Shown here: in pieces, positions 19,852 through 29,230 of the stretch | Numbering within the stretch: the first letter of the stretch is position 1 | Layout: every line of letters starts with the position of its first letter | Assembly (NCBI GenBank): GCA_965242865.1 | Contig: CBDETK010000013.1 | Span: 1,184,001-1,248,000 of the forward strand | Length of the DNA stretch: 64,000 nt | Reading direction: 5' to 3' | Origin: Candidatus Latescibacterota bacterium | GTDB lineage: Bacteria; Latescibacterota; UBA2968; UBA8231 | Notes under the pieces: model-generated | The model's input: only the letters and a program-made list of their open reading frames with translations | The model's database searches: none | What the model was told of the DNA's origin: nothing | Made by a program: the position numbers and the translations under genes

Positions 19852-20820
19852 CTAATGAGTCCGCGCCAAAGGCGTCCAGCGCGAGAGCGCGTCCAACTCC
19901 GCTCGTTCCCCATCCCCCAACTCCACTTCCAACGCCCCAAAGACCTCCTCCACGTGCTCGGGGCGGTCGGGGCCGATGATCGGGGCGGTGACGTCCTCGT
20001 TGGCCAGTATCCAAGCGATGGCGACCTGCGCCGGGGTCTTGTCCTGTGCTCGACCGATCTCGGTCAGCTTCTGCACGATGCGCTCGGCGGGGTCGCTCAG
20101 CGCCGCGGCAAAACGCCGGTCGTCCTGCCACGCGCTATCGGCCGGCGGCTTTTGCCCGCGCCGAAAGCGGCCGCTCAACAGGCCGACAGCCAGCGGACTA
20201 TAGGTCATCATCCCGAGGCCGTACTGCCGACACAAAGGCAACAATTCCGGCTCCACCTCCCAGCGCTGCAATAGGTTGTACTGATTTTGTAAGGTGAACA
20301 ATGGGTCTAGCCCCCCGCGATCGGCCGCCCACAGCGCTTCCACCACTTGGGCGGCGGTAAAATTGCAGGCGCCCACATAGCGCACCTTGCCCTGCCGCAC
20401 CAAGTCGTCAAACGCCCGCAGGGTCTCGTCGAGTTTGGTGTCGGGATCCCAGTTGTGCAGCAAGTAGATATCGACGTAGTCCGTGCCCAAGCGCTTGAGC
20501 GACCGCTCGATCTCGCGCAGGATGGCAAAGCGCGACAAGCCGCGGTCGTTGGGGCCGTCGCCTATGGGGCTCCAGACCTTGGTCGTGAGCACCAAATCGT
20601 CGCGCCTGCCCCGGATGGCCGTGCCCAACAACTCCTCGCAGCGGCCCTGAAAGTAGTAGTTGGCGCAATCGAGGAAATTGCACCCCAAGTCGAGGGCGGT
20701 CTCCACCGTGCGCACCGCGGTCGCCTCGTCTGTGTGCCCGTGCCAGTACCCCCGGAAGGCCGTGCCCAAACACAGCCGCGAGACCTTGACCCCAGCTCGT
20801 CCCAATCGCACGTACTCCAT
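19852..20820 (-). CDS. Aldo/keto reductase
   Basis: VSRLCLGT, D.ANYY, SLKRLGTDYVDIYLLH, YSPLAVGLL. Confidence 0.95.
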   Translation of the reverse strand: MEYVRLGRAGVKVSRLCLGTAFRGYWHGHTDEATAVRTVETALDLGCNFLDCANYYFQGRCEELLGTAIRGRRDDLVLTTKVWSPIGDGPNDRGLSRFAILREIERSLKRLGTDYVDIYLLHNWDPDTKLDETLRAFDDLVRQGKVRYVGACNFTAAQVVEALWAADRGGLDPLFTLQNQYNLLQRWEVEPELLPLCRQYGLGMMTYSPLAVGLLSGRFRRGQKPPADSAWQDDRRFAAALSDPAERIVQKLTEIGRAQDKTPAQVAIAWILANEDVTAPIIGPDRPEHVEEVFGALEVELGDGERAELDALSRWTPLARTH

Positions 20821-20889
20821 GGTTTCTCCTAGTCTAGTCTAGTTTGGGCTTCCCACCGCGCCCGGGTACGCGCTCTGCTTCAATCGCGA

Positions 20890-21741
20890 TCATTCTGCAT
20901 CCAATACTTCCGGATCGAGCGGATACCAGAATATTTCCCCAGACTCAATGTAGCTCTGAATCCGGTTGTCTCGATACCGACCTGCGACCGCCGCATGAGC
21001 TTGCTTGCCGGTGAACCGCGTCAAAAATTCGGCGTTGCGCATGGCCCGCGTGGTGTCTCGCCCGTTGGCCGTAAAAGAGATTTCTACGGCGATGTAGTAA
21101 ATTTCGCCCTCCGAATCGGTGGCTTCCATAATCAGGTCGGCCCGGCGAAAACTCTTCAGTTGGTTTGCAGGAATACCCCTCAGGTCGGCGCGGTCGATCA
21201 GGGTCCACAGATCATCCCTGCTGAGGTCTTTCGTGCGCAGGAGACCCATCTCCCGAGCGATTGAACTCGCCTCTCCGAGCGCGGCATTGCGGGCATGAGC
21301 CCCTTTGAGCAGGCCCACGCTATCCTCGATAGACTTCACTCTGGTTCCGAGGCGGCCCATGTCGGTTGTGAGGTCGCCCACTTCGGTTGTGAGGTCGCCC
21401 ACTTCGGTTGTGAGGTCGCCCACTTTCGTTCCGAGGACACTCACTTCGGTTGTGAGGTCATCTACCTTCGTTTCGAGGCGGTCCACTCTGGTTTCAAGGC
21501 CATCCACCTTCGTTTCAAGGCCATCCACCTTCGTTTCGAGGCGGTCAAATCGCTGGTTCGTCGCCTCGACAAAGCGGTCCATCTTGGCCGCGAGTGTATC
21601 TACTCTTGCGGCGAGCTGGGTCAACTTTTCGGGCAGTTCGAGCAATTCGCGCGTCAGCAGCCGCGCACGCATGGCTTCGAGCCACTCGGGATTTTCGTCC
21701 AAAATTTGCATCAAGTCTTCTATAGTATCGATCGCGTTCAT
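20890..21741 (-). CDS. Coiled-coil protein with heptad tandem repeats and a C-terminal PD-(D/E)XK-like domain
   Basis: Heptads TKVDGLE / TEVGDLT; C-terminal ADLIM...AVEISFT; AAAGGAGG RBS. Confidence 0.75.
   Translation of the reverse strand: MNAIDTIEDLMQILDENPEWLEAMRARLLTRELLELPEKLTQLAARVDTLAAKMDRFVEATNQRFDRLETKVDGLETKVDGLETRVDRLETKVDDLTTEVSVLGTKVGDLTTEVGDLTTEVGDLTTDMGRLGTRVKSIEDSVGLLKGAHARNAALGEASSIAREMGLLRTKDLSRDDLWTLIDRADLRGIPANQLKSFRRADLIMEATDSEGEIYYIAVEISFTANGRDTTRAMRNAEFLTRFTGKQAHAAVAGRYRDNRIQSYIESGEIFWYPLDPEVLDAE
21340..21546. repeat. 21-bp intragenic tandem repeat, about 9-10 degenerate units
   Basis: TCGGTTGTGAGGTCGCCCACT x3 and GGCCATCCACCTTCGTTTC x2 at a 21-bp period. Confidence 0.9.
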
Positions 21742-21795
21742 AAGGGTTCCTCCTTTCCGCGTCTTATTGTAATTCAATCACTTTTGGCACTCTCC

Positions 21796-22551
21796 TCATC
21801 CCTTGCCCCCCTTCACACTCCACACCGACCCGGTGGTGTACGTATTTCGCTCCGAGCACAAAAACTCAATCACCTCGGCCACTTCCTCCGCGTCCGAGTA
21901 GCGTCCGATCGGGGTGCCTGGGGCGCGCAGGTGCGCCTCGTCAAAGCGCGGTACGACCATGTCGGTCAAGGCCCGACCCGGCTCGACGCCGTTGACGAAC
22001 ACCCCCTGCCGTGGCCAAGCATCGCCCAGCGCCTGAATAAACGACCAAACCGCCCCCTTGGACACCGAGTACGGCACTTGATTGGGGCTGCCGTGGCGCG
22101 CCCCAGAGGAGATCGTCACGCAACGACCCCACCCTCGCTCGAGCATGTGCGGGACCGCCGCCTGATGCGCGTAGTACACCCCGTGGACATTGATCTGCAT
22201 GACTTTGGCAAACTGCGCGGCTGGTTGCTCGAAAAAGGGCTTTTCCCACCCCAAGACCCCGGCGCTGCACACCAGAATATCCAGCCGCCCAAAAGCCGCC
22301 ACCGCCTGGGCCACCGCCTCATGCACCTGCCCCTCGTCGGTCACGTCCGTCTCGACAAAGAGCGCCTGCTGCCCCAGGGCCTCGATCGCCCGCACCCGCT
22401 CCCGCGCCGGCTCGGCCAGCACATCGACGAGGACGACGTGCCGGCCGGCCTCGGCCAAGCGCAACGCGGCCGCCCCCCCAATGCCGCGGGCGCCCCCCGT
22501 AATCAGGGCCACCCGCTGTTCCACAGGTGCTGCAAATCGCAAATGTGCCAT
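21796..22551 (-). CDS. SDR family oxidoreductase
   Basis: TGGARGIG and YSVSKG motifs. Confidence 0.93.
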   Translation of the reverse strand: MAHLRFAAPVEQRVALITGGARGIGGAAALRLAEAGRHVVLVDVLAEPARERVRAIEALGQQALFVETDVTDEGQVHEAVAQAVAAFGRLDILVCSAGVLGWEKPFFEQPAAQFAKVMQINVHGVYYAHQAAVPHMLERGWGRCVTISSGARHGSPNQVPYSVSKGAVWSFIQALGDAWPRQGVFVNGVEPGRALTDMVVPRFDEAHLRAPGTPIGRYSDAEEVAEVIEFLCSERNTYTTGSVWSVKGGKG

Positions 22552-22636
22552 ACTATGCCTTCCTTGCTTGCGCGGCCGCGCAGTTTTGATAAAGATAAGG
22601 TACTCGCCCTTTGCGATTTAATATACGGAGCATAAC

Positions 22637-23764
22637 ATGAAAATCGAACAGATCGACTCCCTCCTGCTCGGCAACGGCTATGTCGTCCGCATCACCACGG
22701 ACACTGGCCTAACCGGCCTTGGCCAAACCGCCTGCTGGGGCTATCCCACGGCCGTGCAGAGCATCGTCGAGGTTTTCAAAGACTACCTCATCGGCCAAGA
22801 CCCCCTCCGCATCGAGCACCACTGGCAGCACCTCTACCGCATGGCCCCCTTCAGAGGCACGGTCGTCATGGGGGCTGTCTCGGCCGTAGATATCGCGTTG
22901 TGGGACATCAAGGGCAAGCACTTTGAGGTCCCAGTGTGGGAGCTATTGGGCGGCAACGTCCGCGACAAAATTCGCCTGCACCTGCTGTCGGGCGGGGCCA
23001 CGCCCGAAGCCAACTTCAACGCCGCCCAAGCGGCCGTCGCCGAGGGCTTCACCGCCATCAAGTTCGACCCCATCACCACGGACTGCCACGACAAGGGCCA
23101 AGCGCGGATGATCCAAACCGCGGTCGAGCTGACCGCGGCCGCCCGCGAAGCCGGCGGCCCGGATCTGGACCTGATCATCGAGCTGCACCGCAAGCTGACG
23201 CCCATGGTCGCCTTGGCCCTCGCCGAGGCCCTCAAGCCCTTCCACGTCTTCTTCCTCGAAGACCCGATCCAAATCGACAGCGTCTCGGCCCAAGCCCACA
23301 TCGCGCAGAAATCCACCGTGCCCTTTGGCAACGGCGAGCGGTTCGTGTCTATCTGGGAGTTTCGCGAGTTGTTGGAACAGGGCGGTCCCCAGTATTTGCG
23401 GCCGGATGTGGCCTTGGCGGGCGGCCTCTCGCATTGCAAAAAAATCGCCGCCATCGGCGAAGCCTATCACTGCGCGGTCGTGACCCACAACTTCTTGGGG
23501 CCGCTGACGACCGCGGCTTCCCTGCACCTCGACGCCTCAATTCCCAACTTTATCACGCAGGAATACACCAAGGGCGACGAAGCCCCGCACAACGCGGTCT
23601 ATCAGTGCGCGTATCGGCGCGAGGGCGGGTACATCCCGATTCCCCAAGCCCCGGGCCTCGGCATAGCGCTAGACGCGAATTTAATCGACCAGACGCCCTA
23701 CAAACCCATCAACAACGCTTCCACGCCGCTACGCGCCGACAGCTCGGTGTCTTACGCCGTGTGA
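22637..23764 (+). CDS. Mandelate racemase/MLE-family dehydratase (galactonate dehydratase-like)
   Basis: SAVDIALWDIKGK, AIKFD, ELHR, LEDP, GER, THN. Confidence 0.9.
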   Translation: MKIEQIDSLLLGNGYVVRITTDTGLTGLGQTACWGYPTAVQSIVEVFKDYLIGQDPLRIEHHWQHLYRMAPFRGTVVMGAVSAVDIALWDIKGKHFEVPVWELLGGNVRDKIRLHLLSGGATPEANFNAAQAAVAEGFTAIKFDPITTDCHDKGQARMIQTAVELTAAAREAGGPDLDLIIELHRKLTPMVALALAEALKPFHVFFLEDPIQIDSVSAQAHIAQKSTVPFGNGERFVSIWEFRELLEQGGPQYLRPDVALAGGLSHCKKIAAIGEAYHCAVVTHNFLGPLTTAASLHLDASIPNFITQEYTKGDEAPHNAVYQCAYRREGGYIPIPQAPGLGIALDANLIDQTPYKPINNASTPLRADSSVSYAV

Positions 23765-23773
23765 ATCTCAAGC

Positions 23774-25450
23774 CTACAAAAACCCGCCGCGCGCGTCCGA
23801 CCACGGCCCACAGCGAATTTCCAACGTCCGCGCCCCCGGCGTCCGCAGGGCGATGAGCACCCGCAAACGCCCCTCGTCGATCTCGCTATTGCGCATCCGC
23901 CCCATTGTGTGCTCCATGGCCCCCGGGCCGATGCGGATGGCGTCGTCGCCCACCCGGTAGAGCGCGTAGCCCGCTTTGAGAAAGACCGTGTGCCCGGCGC
24001 GGCCTTCGACGAGCGCGCTGTCCATCTCCAAGGTTCCGCCCGGCGCAAAGACCCCCTCAATCTGAAAGGGCACTCCATCAACGCCCCCTGCGGTGCCAAT
24101 GTGGAGGTCAAAACCGCCGGTCACTTCCTCGATGTGCAGCTCGACTGTTAGCGGCGGCAACTCGTATATCGCCCGCCGGCCCCGCACTTCCACCCAGTTG
24201 TCGGCATTGACTGGCTCGTCAATCGGCAGCCAGTAAATCCCCCCCACGTAGTCTCTTTCTGGATAGATGCGGTTGCGGCCCTTGTGCTGCATTCGCACTC
24301 CGGTATCCGCCGCGGCAAACGCTTCACCTACGAACTGCCCGGTGGCAAAATAGGTCGATGATAGCTTGACTGCGGCCAATTCGGCCTGCCCGCAGACCAC
24401 GCTAAAGGGCGCGGTCAGGCCGGCTGCGGCCGTAGCGCTGACCGCGCCCCGACGCACCCGCCACAGACCGGAGACTGGATAGACGCGGCTGTAGTGCTCG
24501 GGCAAGGGCGTCCGCTCTATACACGTCGCTCGCCACTCGGGATGCAGGACGTAGTTGGGCAGACAGACCAAACCGCTGCGGCCGCGCTCCACCAACAGGT
24601 CGGCCACGGCCGCGTACAGGCCATTGTCGTCTAAATGGGCCAAGGCGTGATAGCTGTCGGCCAAACCGGTCGGCACGGCTCGCGTATCGCGGTCCTGCCG
24701 CTTGGAAATGCTCGTCACGGCGGTCGCGTCGGCGTGGAGGAGATGGTAGGACAAGTCCAAGTTGCGCCGCACAGGTGCCAGCAGGTCGGGCCGGGCGAGC
24801 ACGTGGGCCGCGCGGATCAAGGCGCGGTTGACTACGGCATTGTACACGCCCGTGCTCCGCTCGCTGTACTCGCCATCGGCGTTGATATCAATGCCTTCGC
24901 CGAGGTACGCGTCCACGGTCGCGCTCACCGCCAACTCGGGATAGAGGGCTTGGGCTTGGGCCAAGGCCGCGACCAGCACCCAGCGGTGGTTGGGCGTGTG
25001 GAAGCCGCCGTGGGCCATGCCCGGGGCCGCGGTCTGGATGAGCTCGCCCAAAACGGTCGCGATCTCGGCCGCGCCCGCGTCGTCTGGGGCCTGTTGCCGC
25101 GCCGCAACCACGACCGGGGCAATGGCCTGCACCACAAAGCCGGCGTCCGGGGCGGAGTCGAAATTGGTGGTCAGCAGATCAAAGCAGCCCGATGGCCGGC
25201 GGTGCCGGCGGGCAAACTCAGCCGCCAACCTTATCCGCTGCAAGAGCACCTCGCTCCGGTAGTGGCGCGACTCGGGCAGCAGATAGGCGTAGCCAAGGGG
25301 CGCGACCGCGCTGATGCCGCTAGAGCCGGCCAGCCGGTCTCGATCGACAAAGCCACCGCAATAAGGGCTATCTGCGTCCAGCACTTGGCGCGTCAGCACG
25401 CCCTCAACCTGCTGGTCTAGCTCGCCGACGAGCGGCGCGTACGCGATCAT
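23774..25450 (-). CDS. Hypothetical protein (possibly carbohydrate-active)
   Basis: 558-aa ORF coupled to the upstream oxidoreductase; GGFHTPNHRW and DGEYSERSTG motifs, function not assignable. Confidence 0.7.
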   Translation of the reverse strand: MIAYAPLVGELDQQVEGVLTRQVLDADSPYCGGFVDRDRLAGSSGISAVAPLGYAYLLPESRHYRSEVLLQRIRLAAEFARRHRRPSGCFDLLTTNFDSAPDAGFVVQAIAPVVVAARQQAPDDAGAAEIATVLGELIQTAAPGMAHGGFHTPNHRWVLVAALAQAQALYPELAVSATVDAYLGEGIDINADGEYSERSTGVYNAVVNRALIRAAHVLARPDLLAPVRRNLDLSYHLLHADATAVTSISKRQDRDTRAVPTGLADSYHALAHLDDNGLYAAVADLLVERGRSGLVCLPNYVLHPEWRATCIERTPLPEHYSRVYPVSGLWRVRRGAVSATAAAGLTAPFSVVCGQAELAAVKLSSTYFATGQFVGEAFAAADTGVRMQHKGRNRIYPERDYVGGIYWLPIDEPVNADNWVEVRGRRAIYELPPLTVELHIEEVTGGFDLHIGTAGGVDGVPFQIEGVFAPGGTLEMDSALVEGRAGHTVFLKAGYALYRVGDDAIRIGPGAMEHTMGRMRNSEIDEGRLRVLIALRTPGARTLEIRCGPWSDARGGFL

Positions 25451-26478
25451 CGCTGCTTCGGTGCCGCTTTGGTAAACTGGGCTACATCGGCCGGGCTGAC
25501 GCGGTAGATGCCCCCGTCCGGGCGGTCGCCCAGCGACCGATACGCCGCTTCGGTAAACTTGGCTACTGCCACGGCAAAATCTGGCCGCTCATAGCCCTTG
25601 CCGCCGTTGCGAATCCAGCGCAAAAAGGCCGCGTCCGGCGTGTCCTCCCGCACTCGCTTTGGCACCTCCAGCGGCTCCCCGTTCAGCAACACTTCGCGCA
25701 CCCGCCACTGGTGTAGATGAAAGACCAAGGTCCCTTCGTCGCCGTGGATGGCCAGCCGCTCGTCGTGCCGGCTCGCGCTGCCGACAAAGCTCAACGCCCC
25801 CAGCGCACCGCCGCGAAACCGCGCATTGACCACGGCATCCATATCCACTCGCTTGCCCCGCTTGGCCATGAAGGCCGCCACCGTTACCGGCGTCAAGCCG
25901 GTGATCCACAGCACTGCGGCCACCAAGTGACTGCCGGTGTCCATGAACATCCCGCCTCCGGCCAGTTCGGGCACCATTCGCCAGCCCTTGCCGCCCCAAT
26001 TTTGCGTCACGTAAGCGACGACCGCCTTGATCTCGCCGAGGACGCCCTTCTGCACCAGTTCCCGCGCGTACGTATAGGCCGGGTAAAAATTGCGCTGATA
26101 GCTGACGACCAACACGCGCTCCCGCTCGGTCGCCAGCTCAACTAGGGCTTGGGCGTGCCGCGCCTTCGTGGTCAGGGGTTTTTCGACCAAAACATGTAAA
26201 TCGCGCTCTAGCGCGTAGCGCGCCTGCGCGTAGTGGGTCGAATGCGGCGAAGAAATCAGCACCCCATCGAGCGCGTCTGCGCCAATCATCTGCCGGTAGT
26301 CCGCGTAATACGCGGCGTCAGCACCCCACGCTGTTAGCAGTTGCCGGGCCGACGCCTCTTCTGGATCGGCGACCGCCACCAACTCGACGCGGCCATCGGC
26401 TTGCAGCCGGGGAATGTGGGCACCGCGCATGTTGCCGCCACAGCCGATCAGGCCGACGCGAATTTTCCTTTTTGCCAT
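25447..26478 (-). CDS. Gfo/Idh/MocA oxidoreductase
   Basis: GLIGCG, VLVEKP, GGG.FMDTGSH. Confidence 0.93.
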   Translation of the reverse strand: MAKRKIRVGLIGCGGNMRGAHIPRLQADGRVELVAVADPEEASARQLLTAWGADAAYYADYRQMIGADALDGVLISSPHSTHYAQARYALERDLHVLVEKPLTTKARHAQALVELATERERVLVVSYQRNFYPAYTYARELVQKGVLGEIKAVVAYVTQNWGGKGWRMVPELAGGGMFMDTGSHLVAAVLWITGLTPVTVAAFMAKRGKRVDMDAVVNARFRGGALGALSFVGSASRHDERLAIHGDEGTLVFHLHQWRVREVLLNGEPLEVPKRVREDTPDAAFLRWIRNGGKGYERPDFAVAVAKFTEAAYRSLGDRPDGGIYRVSPADVAQFTKAAPKQR

Positions 26479-26588
26479 TGCGTTCTTCTCCGTTCAGTAG
26501 GTTAATTGCACCGCTTGAGTGCGAAAAATTTTGGGCGGCGCAGGCGCGAATTGCATTCCACGATAGGCGCATGTAGTAGAGTCCTTTA

Positions 26589-27113
26589 CTACACGACACC
26601 CGAGACCAGCCGGCCAAAGATCGAGGTTTTCCCGTAGCTCTTAGTGACCGCATTGTTGGATGTTTGCCGCTTCCACACAATCTCGTTGCGAAAATTCTTC
26701 GCCCCGAAGATCACGTCCATCACCCCCTTGATGTAATGGATCGCCATCGGGTCGCAGTGGAAGTAGATGCTGCCGTTATCCTTGAGCACCCGACGGAACT
26801 CAATCAGGCGCACCGAGAGAAAGCACAGGAACGCACCGAGGTTCTCGCTGTGCGTGTGCATCGCCGCTTCAATGACTTCGACGATGGCGCGGTTGGAGTC
26901 CTTGATCTGCTCCATCCACGGGCCGTGGATTTTCTCGACCCAAAACCACTGGTCGGAATACTGGCCGCCGACAGCCTCGCGGTTACGGCCCGTGTTGAAC
27001 GGCAGGTCCATGGCGATCAGGTCGATGATGGACGAGTTCATGCCGCGCAAGGCCAGCAGGTTGTCCATGTGGAAGCCGGTGCCGGGAGTGACGTTGAAGT
27101 TAGGTTGGGTCAT
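26589..27113 (-). pseudogene. Truncated N6/N4 (beta-class) DNA methyltransferase
   Basis: IDLIAMDLPFN (DPPF degenerated to DLPF), RVLKDNGSIYFHCD, NFRNEIVWKR; stops before the SAM-binding FxGxG motif. Confidence 0.85.
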
Positions 27114-27151
27114 TGGGACGCCCCTTTCGAGAAAGAGGATTATATGGAGGA

Positions 27152-27919
27152 TTAGTGTTTGACAATCTCAACAAAGACCCCGAGTGTTTTCTCATTGTCA
27201 TCTCGTATCTTTTCTGGGTCTCTTATTGTCCCCAAATCATAGATGACAAATAGAACACGAGGCCACCTTTGCCGATAACCATGAATATCGGCACTTATTT
27301 CTTCTTGGATTTTCGGGGCTCCGTGCCCACCTTTTGCGAGCTTCACTTCAATCGCCATCCCTTCGCCCTCAACAACAAAATCGGGCTTAAAGGCTTTTTC
27401 GCCTACTGGACTAGTCTCTTTTTCTCTTGTATAAGAGACTCCTATGGTTGTCAATATGGCCTCAACAGCATCTTGAACTTTTTTCTCTTCACTGGGCTCA
27501 TTTTCAATAAAATGGGTTCGTAATGCTCGCTTTATGGCCGCCCTAATCTCCATGCCCTCCATGGGATTAGAAAAGTCCATGCTAGGGTCTTGCTGGATTA
27601 GTTGATAGAAACCGATGGCCCTATCTACGCAATCTATCACAGCTTTGGCTATTGCGGTGCTGGCGATGCCCTGAAAAAGATTGTCAAAGGGATCATAGTT
27701 CCCTGCGTAAACTTGACCTTCAAGGTGACAAAGAGGTATCTCCACACCGGCTCTATTGACAGCTTCTTTTGTAGGAACCAGCAACCTGTTGACCCGACGC
27801 CGAAGCCTCTCCTCGTTACTTGGGTCCCCTCCCTTAATAAGGAGTTCTTCTAAATTTCTCAGAAAATCCTCAAGAAGATCAATGCGCTTACCTATGTCTT
27901 CTTTTGTTAATTTGTTCAC
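27152..27919 (-). CDS. PD-(D/E)XK restriction-endonuclease-like protein (REase_DpnII-MboI-like C-terminal domain)
   Basis: EKKVQDAV...RE...KPDF...AIEVK...EEISADI..Y...LFVIYD; AAAGGAG RBS before GTG. Confidence 0.75.
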   Translation of the reverse strand: MNKLTKEDIGKRIDLLEDFLRNLEELLIKGGDPSNEERLRRRVNRLLVPTKEAVNRAGVEIPLCHLEGQVYAGNYDPFDNLFQGIASTAIAKAVIDCVDRAIGFYQLIQQDPSMDFSNPMEGMEIRAAIKRALRTHFIENEPSEEKKVQDAVEAILTTIGVSYTREKETSPVGEKAFKPDFVVEGEGMAIEVKLAKGGHGAPKIQEEISADIHGYRQRWPRVLFVIYDLGTIRDPEKIRDDNEKTLGVFVEIVKH

Positions 27920-27945
27920 CGTCTTTCTCCTTTCTAGTTGATAAT

Positions 27946-28007
27946 TCCCCCGCGGCACAAAGCCGGCCAAGTTGCCAGCAGTGCGCCGCGGGGGATGAGG
28001 GATCTTT
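27946..28007 (-). repeat. Intergenic hairpin repeat, copy 1
   Basis: Minus strand TCCCCCGCGGCGCAC-TGCTGGC-AACTTG-GCCGGC-TTTGTGCCGCGGGGGA, directly after a TAA and before an RBS. Confidence 0.85.
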
Positions 28008-28337
28008 TTACTCCTTGTCCTCGACGAAAAGCAGAAAGCTCACATGTACAGCACCTATGCAATCCAACGTACCTAGGGTGTTGCGTCCACTAGGTATTCC
28101 GCTTAATGTGCCAGTGATATGCACCTTCGTCCTCGCCGATAGACGCCGTATTGTCCGAGCCGGAATTTTGCTGCCTAGCAAAATGGAAATCTCGGACGGA
28201 TCTAACTTATCCGAATCCGAAGATTTCCATTTTATTGTACCAGCAAAAAGATCACCTGAGCCATCGGAGTCTACTTTGATCTTTTTGAGAGCGTCGCCGA
28301 TGACGTCGTTGATTACCGCCAGACTGAGTGTCTCCAT
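28008..28337 (-). CDS. Hypothetical protein (109 aa)
   Basis: Lower-GC ORF bounded by hairpin repeats; AGGA before ATG. Confidence 0.6.
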   Translation of the reverse strand: METLSLAVINDVIGDALKKIKVDSDGSGDLFAGTIKWKSSDSDKLDPSEISILLGSKIPARTIRRLSARTKVHITGTLSGIPSGRNTLGTLDCIGAVHVSFLLFVEDKE

Positions 28338-28359
28338 CTTGATCCTACTTGAGTAAGCG

Positions 28360-28419
28360 TCCCCCGGCACGAAGCCAGCCAAGTTGCTAGTACCGCACCG
28401 CGAGGGAATGAGTGAGCTT
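28360..28419 (-). repeat. Intergenic hairpin repeat, copy 2
   Basis: Minus strand TCCCTCGCGGTGCGG-TACTAGC-AACTTG-GCTGGC-TTCGTGCCGGGGGA; same loop as copy 1. Confidence 0.85.
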
Positions 28420-28857
28420 TTAGTCCCCTTCTTTGACAGTTACCTTAACTGTCTTAGGTAGCGACGGCTCAAACACCGTAGGGTCTGCGGGATAAGCAGT
28501 TACAGAGAAAGAAATATCTCTCGAACTTCCCATCTCTATCGGAATGGTTACCCGAAGGTACGTTGAGGATGTTATATCTATAACATGTGCGTCCTCTGCG
28601 ACCAGCGAATACTCTTTTGCATAGGGAACTGGAGACCAATTAAAGCGAAATAATACATATAAAATTTCACCTTCTCGCCTAGGTTCCGTTCCACATGACC
28701 CCAAAAAGGCGACATCCGCGGGCGAACATATCTCTTTACGCGGTATCTCATATTCCACGCTAAGCCGTTGTGGGGTGTCTATTCTTCTCTTCTCAGTTTT
28801 CGTCGGACTAGAGCAAGCAGCAAGAGCAAGCAGCAAGAGCAAGCTCGTGATCTTCAT
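28420..28857 (-). CDS. Putative lipoprotein
   Basis: MKITSLLLLLALAAC lipobox; AAAGGAG RBS. Confidence 0.75.
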   Translation of the reverse strand: MKITSLLLLLALAACSSPTKTEKRRIDTPQRLSVEYEIPRKEICSPADVAFLGSCGTEPRREGEILYVLFRFNWSPVPYAKEYSLVAEDAHVIDITSSTYLRVTIPIEMGSSRDISFSVTAYPADPTVFEPSLPKTVKVTVKEGD

Positions 28858-28890
28858 GGGGTTCTCCTTTCTGGGATAGTAAAGTGAATT

Positions 28891-28917
28891 TCGCGGCACC
28901 CAAGCGACACCGCGAGG
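28891..28917 (-). repeat. Intergenic hairpin repeat, shortened copy 3
   Basis: Minus strand CCTCGCGGTG-TCGCTTGG-GTGCCGCGA keeps the outer-stem sequences of copies 1 and 2. Confidence 0.6.
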
Positions 28918-28923
28918 TTGGGA

Positions 28924-29103
28924 TTACTGCTGTTTCCGCAGCTCAACCGTGCATTCGACGCTACACGTCAACACGCCGTCCATGGACGCCTTCCGCACGT
29001 TCGGGATGTTCTCGTCGCAAATCACGTAGCGCAGAGGCTGCTAGAACGGCCGCCGAATCCTGAGATCAATATCGCCTTCTTGCCGCCCGCCTTTGTTGAT
29101 CAT
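28924..29103 (-). pseudogene. Small Cys-rich (zinc-ribbon-like) ORF with internal stop
   Basis: AAAGGA RBS; MINKGGRQEGDIDLRIRRPF*QPLRYVICDENIPNVRK...LTCSVECTVELRKQQ*. Confidence 0.4.
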
Positions 29104-29230
29104 AGAGCGTATCCTTTCTGTGGGCATCTTGCCCTCGCCGAGGGCTGGACGCCCTCGATCCCGGATGCAGCGAGAACACCAGAAAAGGCATACTCAAAGC
29201 AAGTGTCGCGTACTTAGGTAGAGTCCCTTC

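Noticed and set aside
21295-22635. Long antisense ORFs (also 33434-34876, 53645-54823, 59199-60446)
   Set aside because: Shadow frames of well-supported opposite-strand genes in GC-rich DNA.
27946-28917. Canonical integron attC sites
   Set aside because: No RYYYAAC/GTTRRRY core pair at the stem ends and no intI in the window; kept only as a non-canonical repeat.
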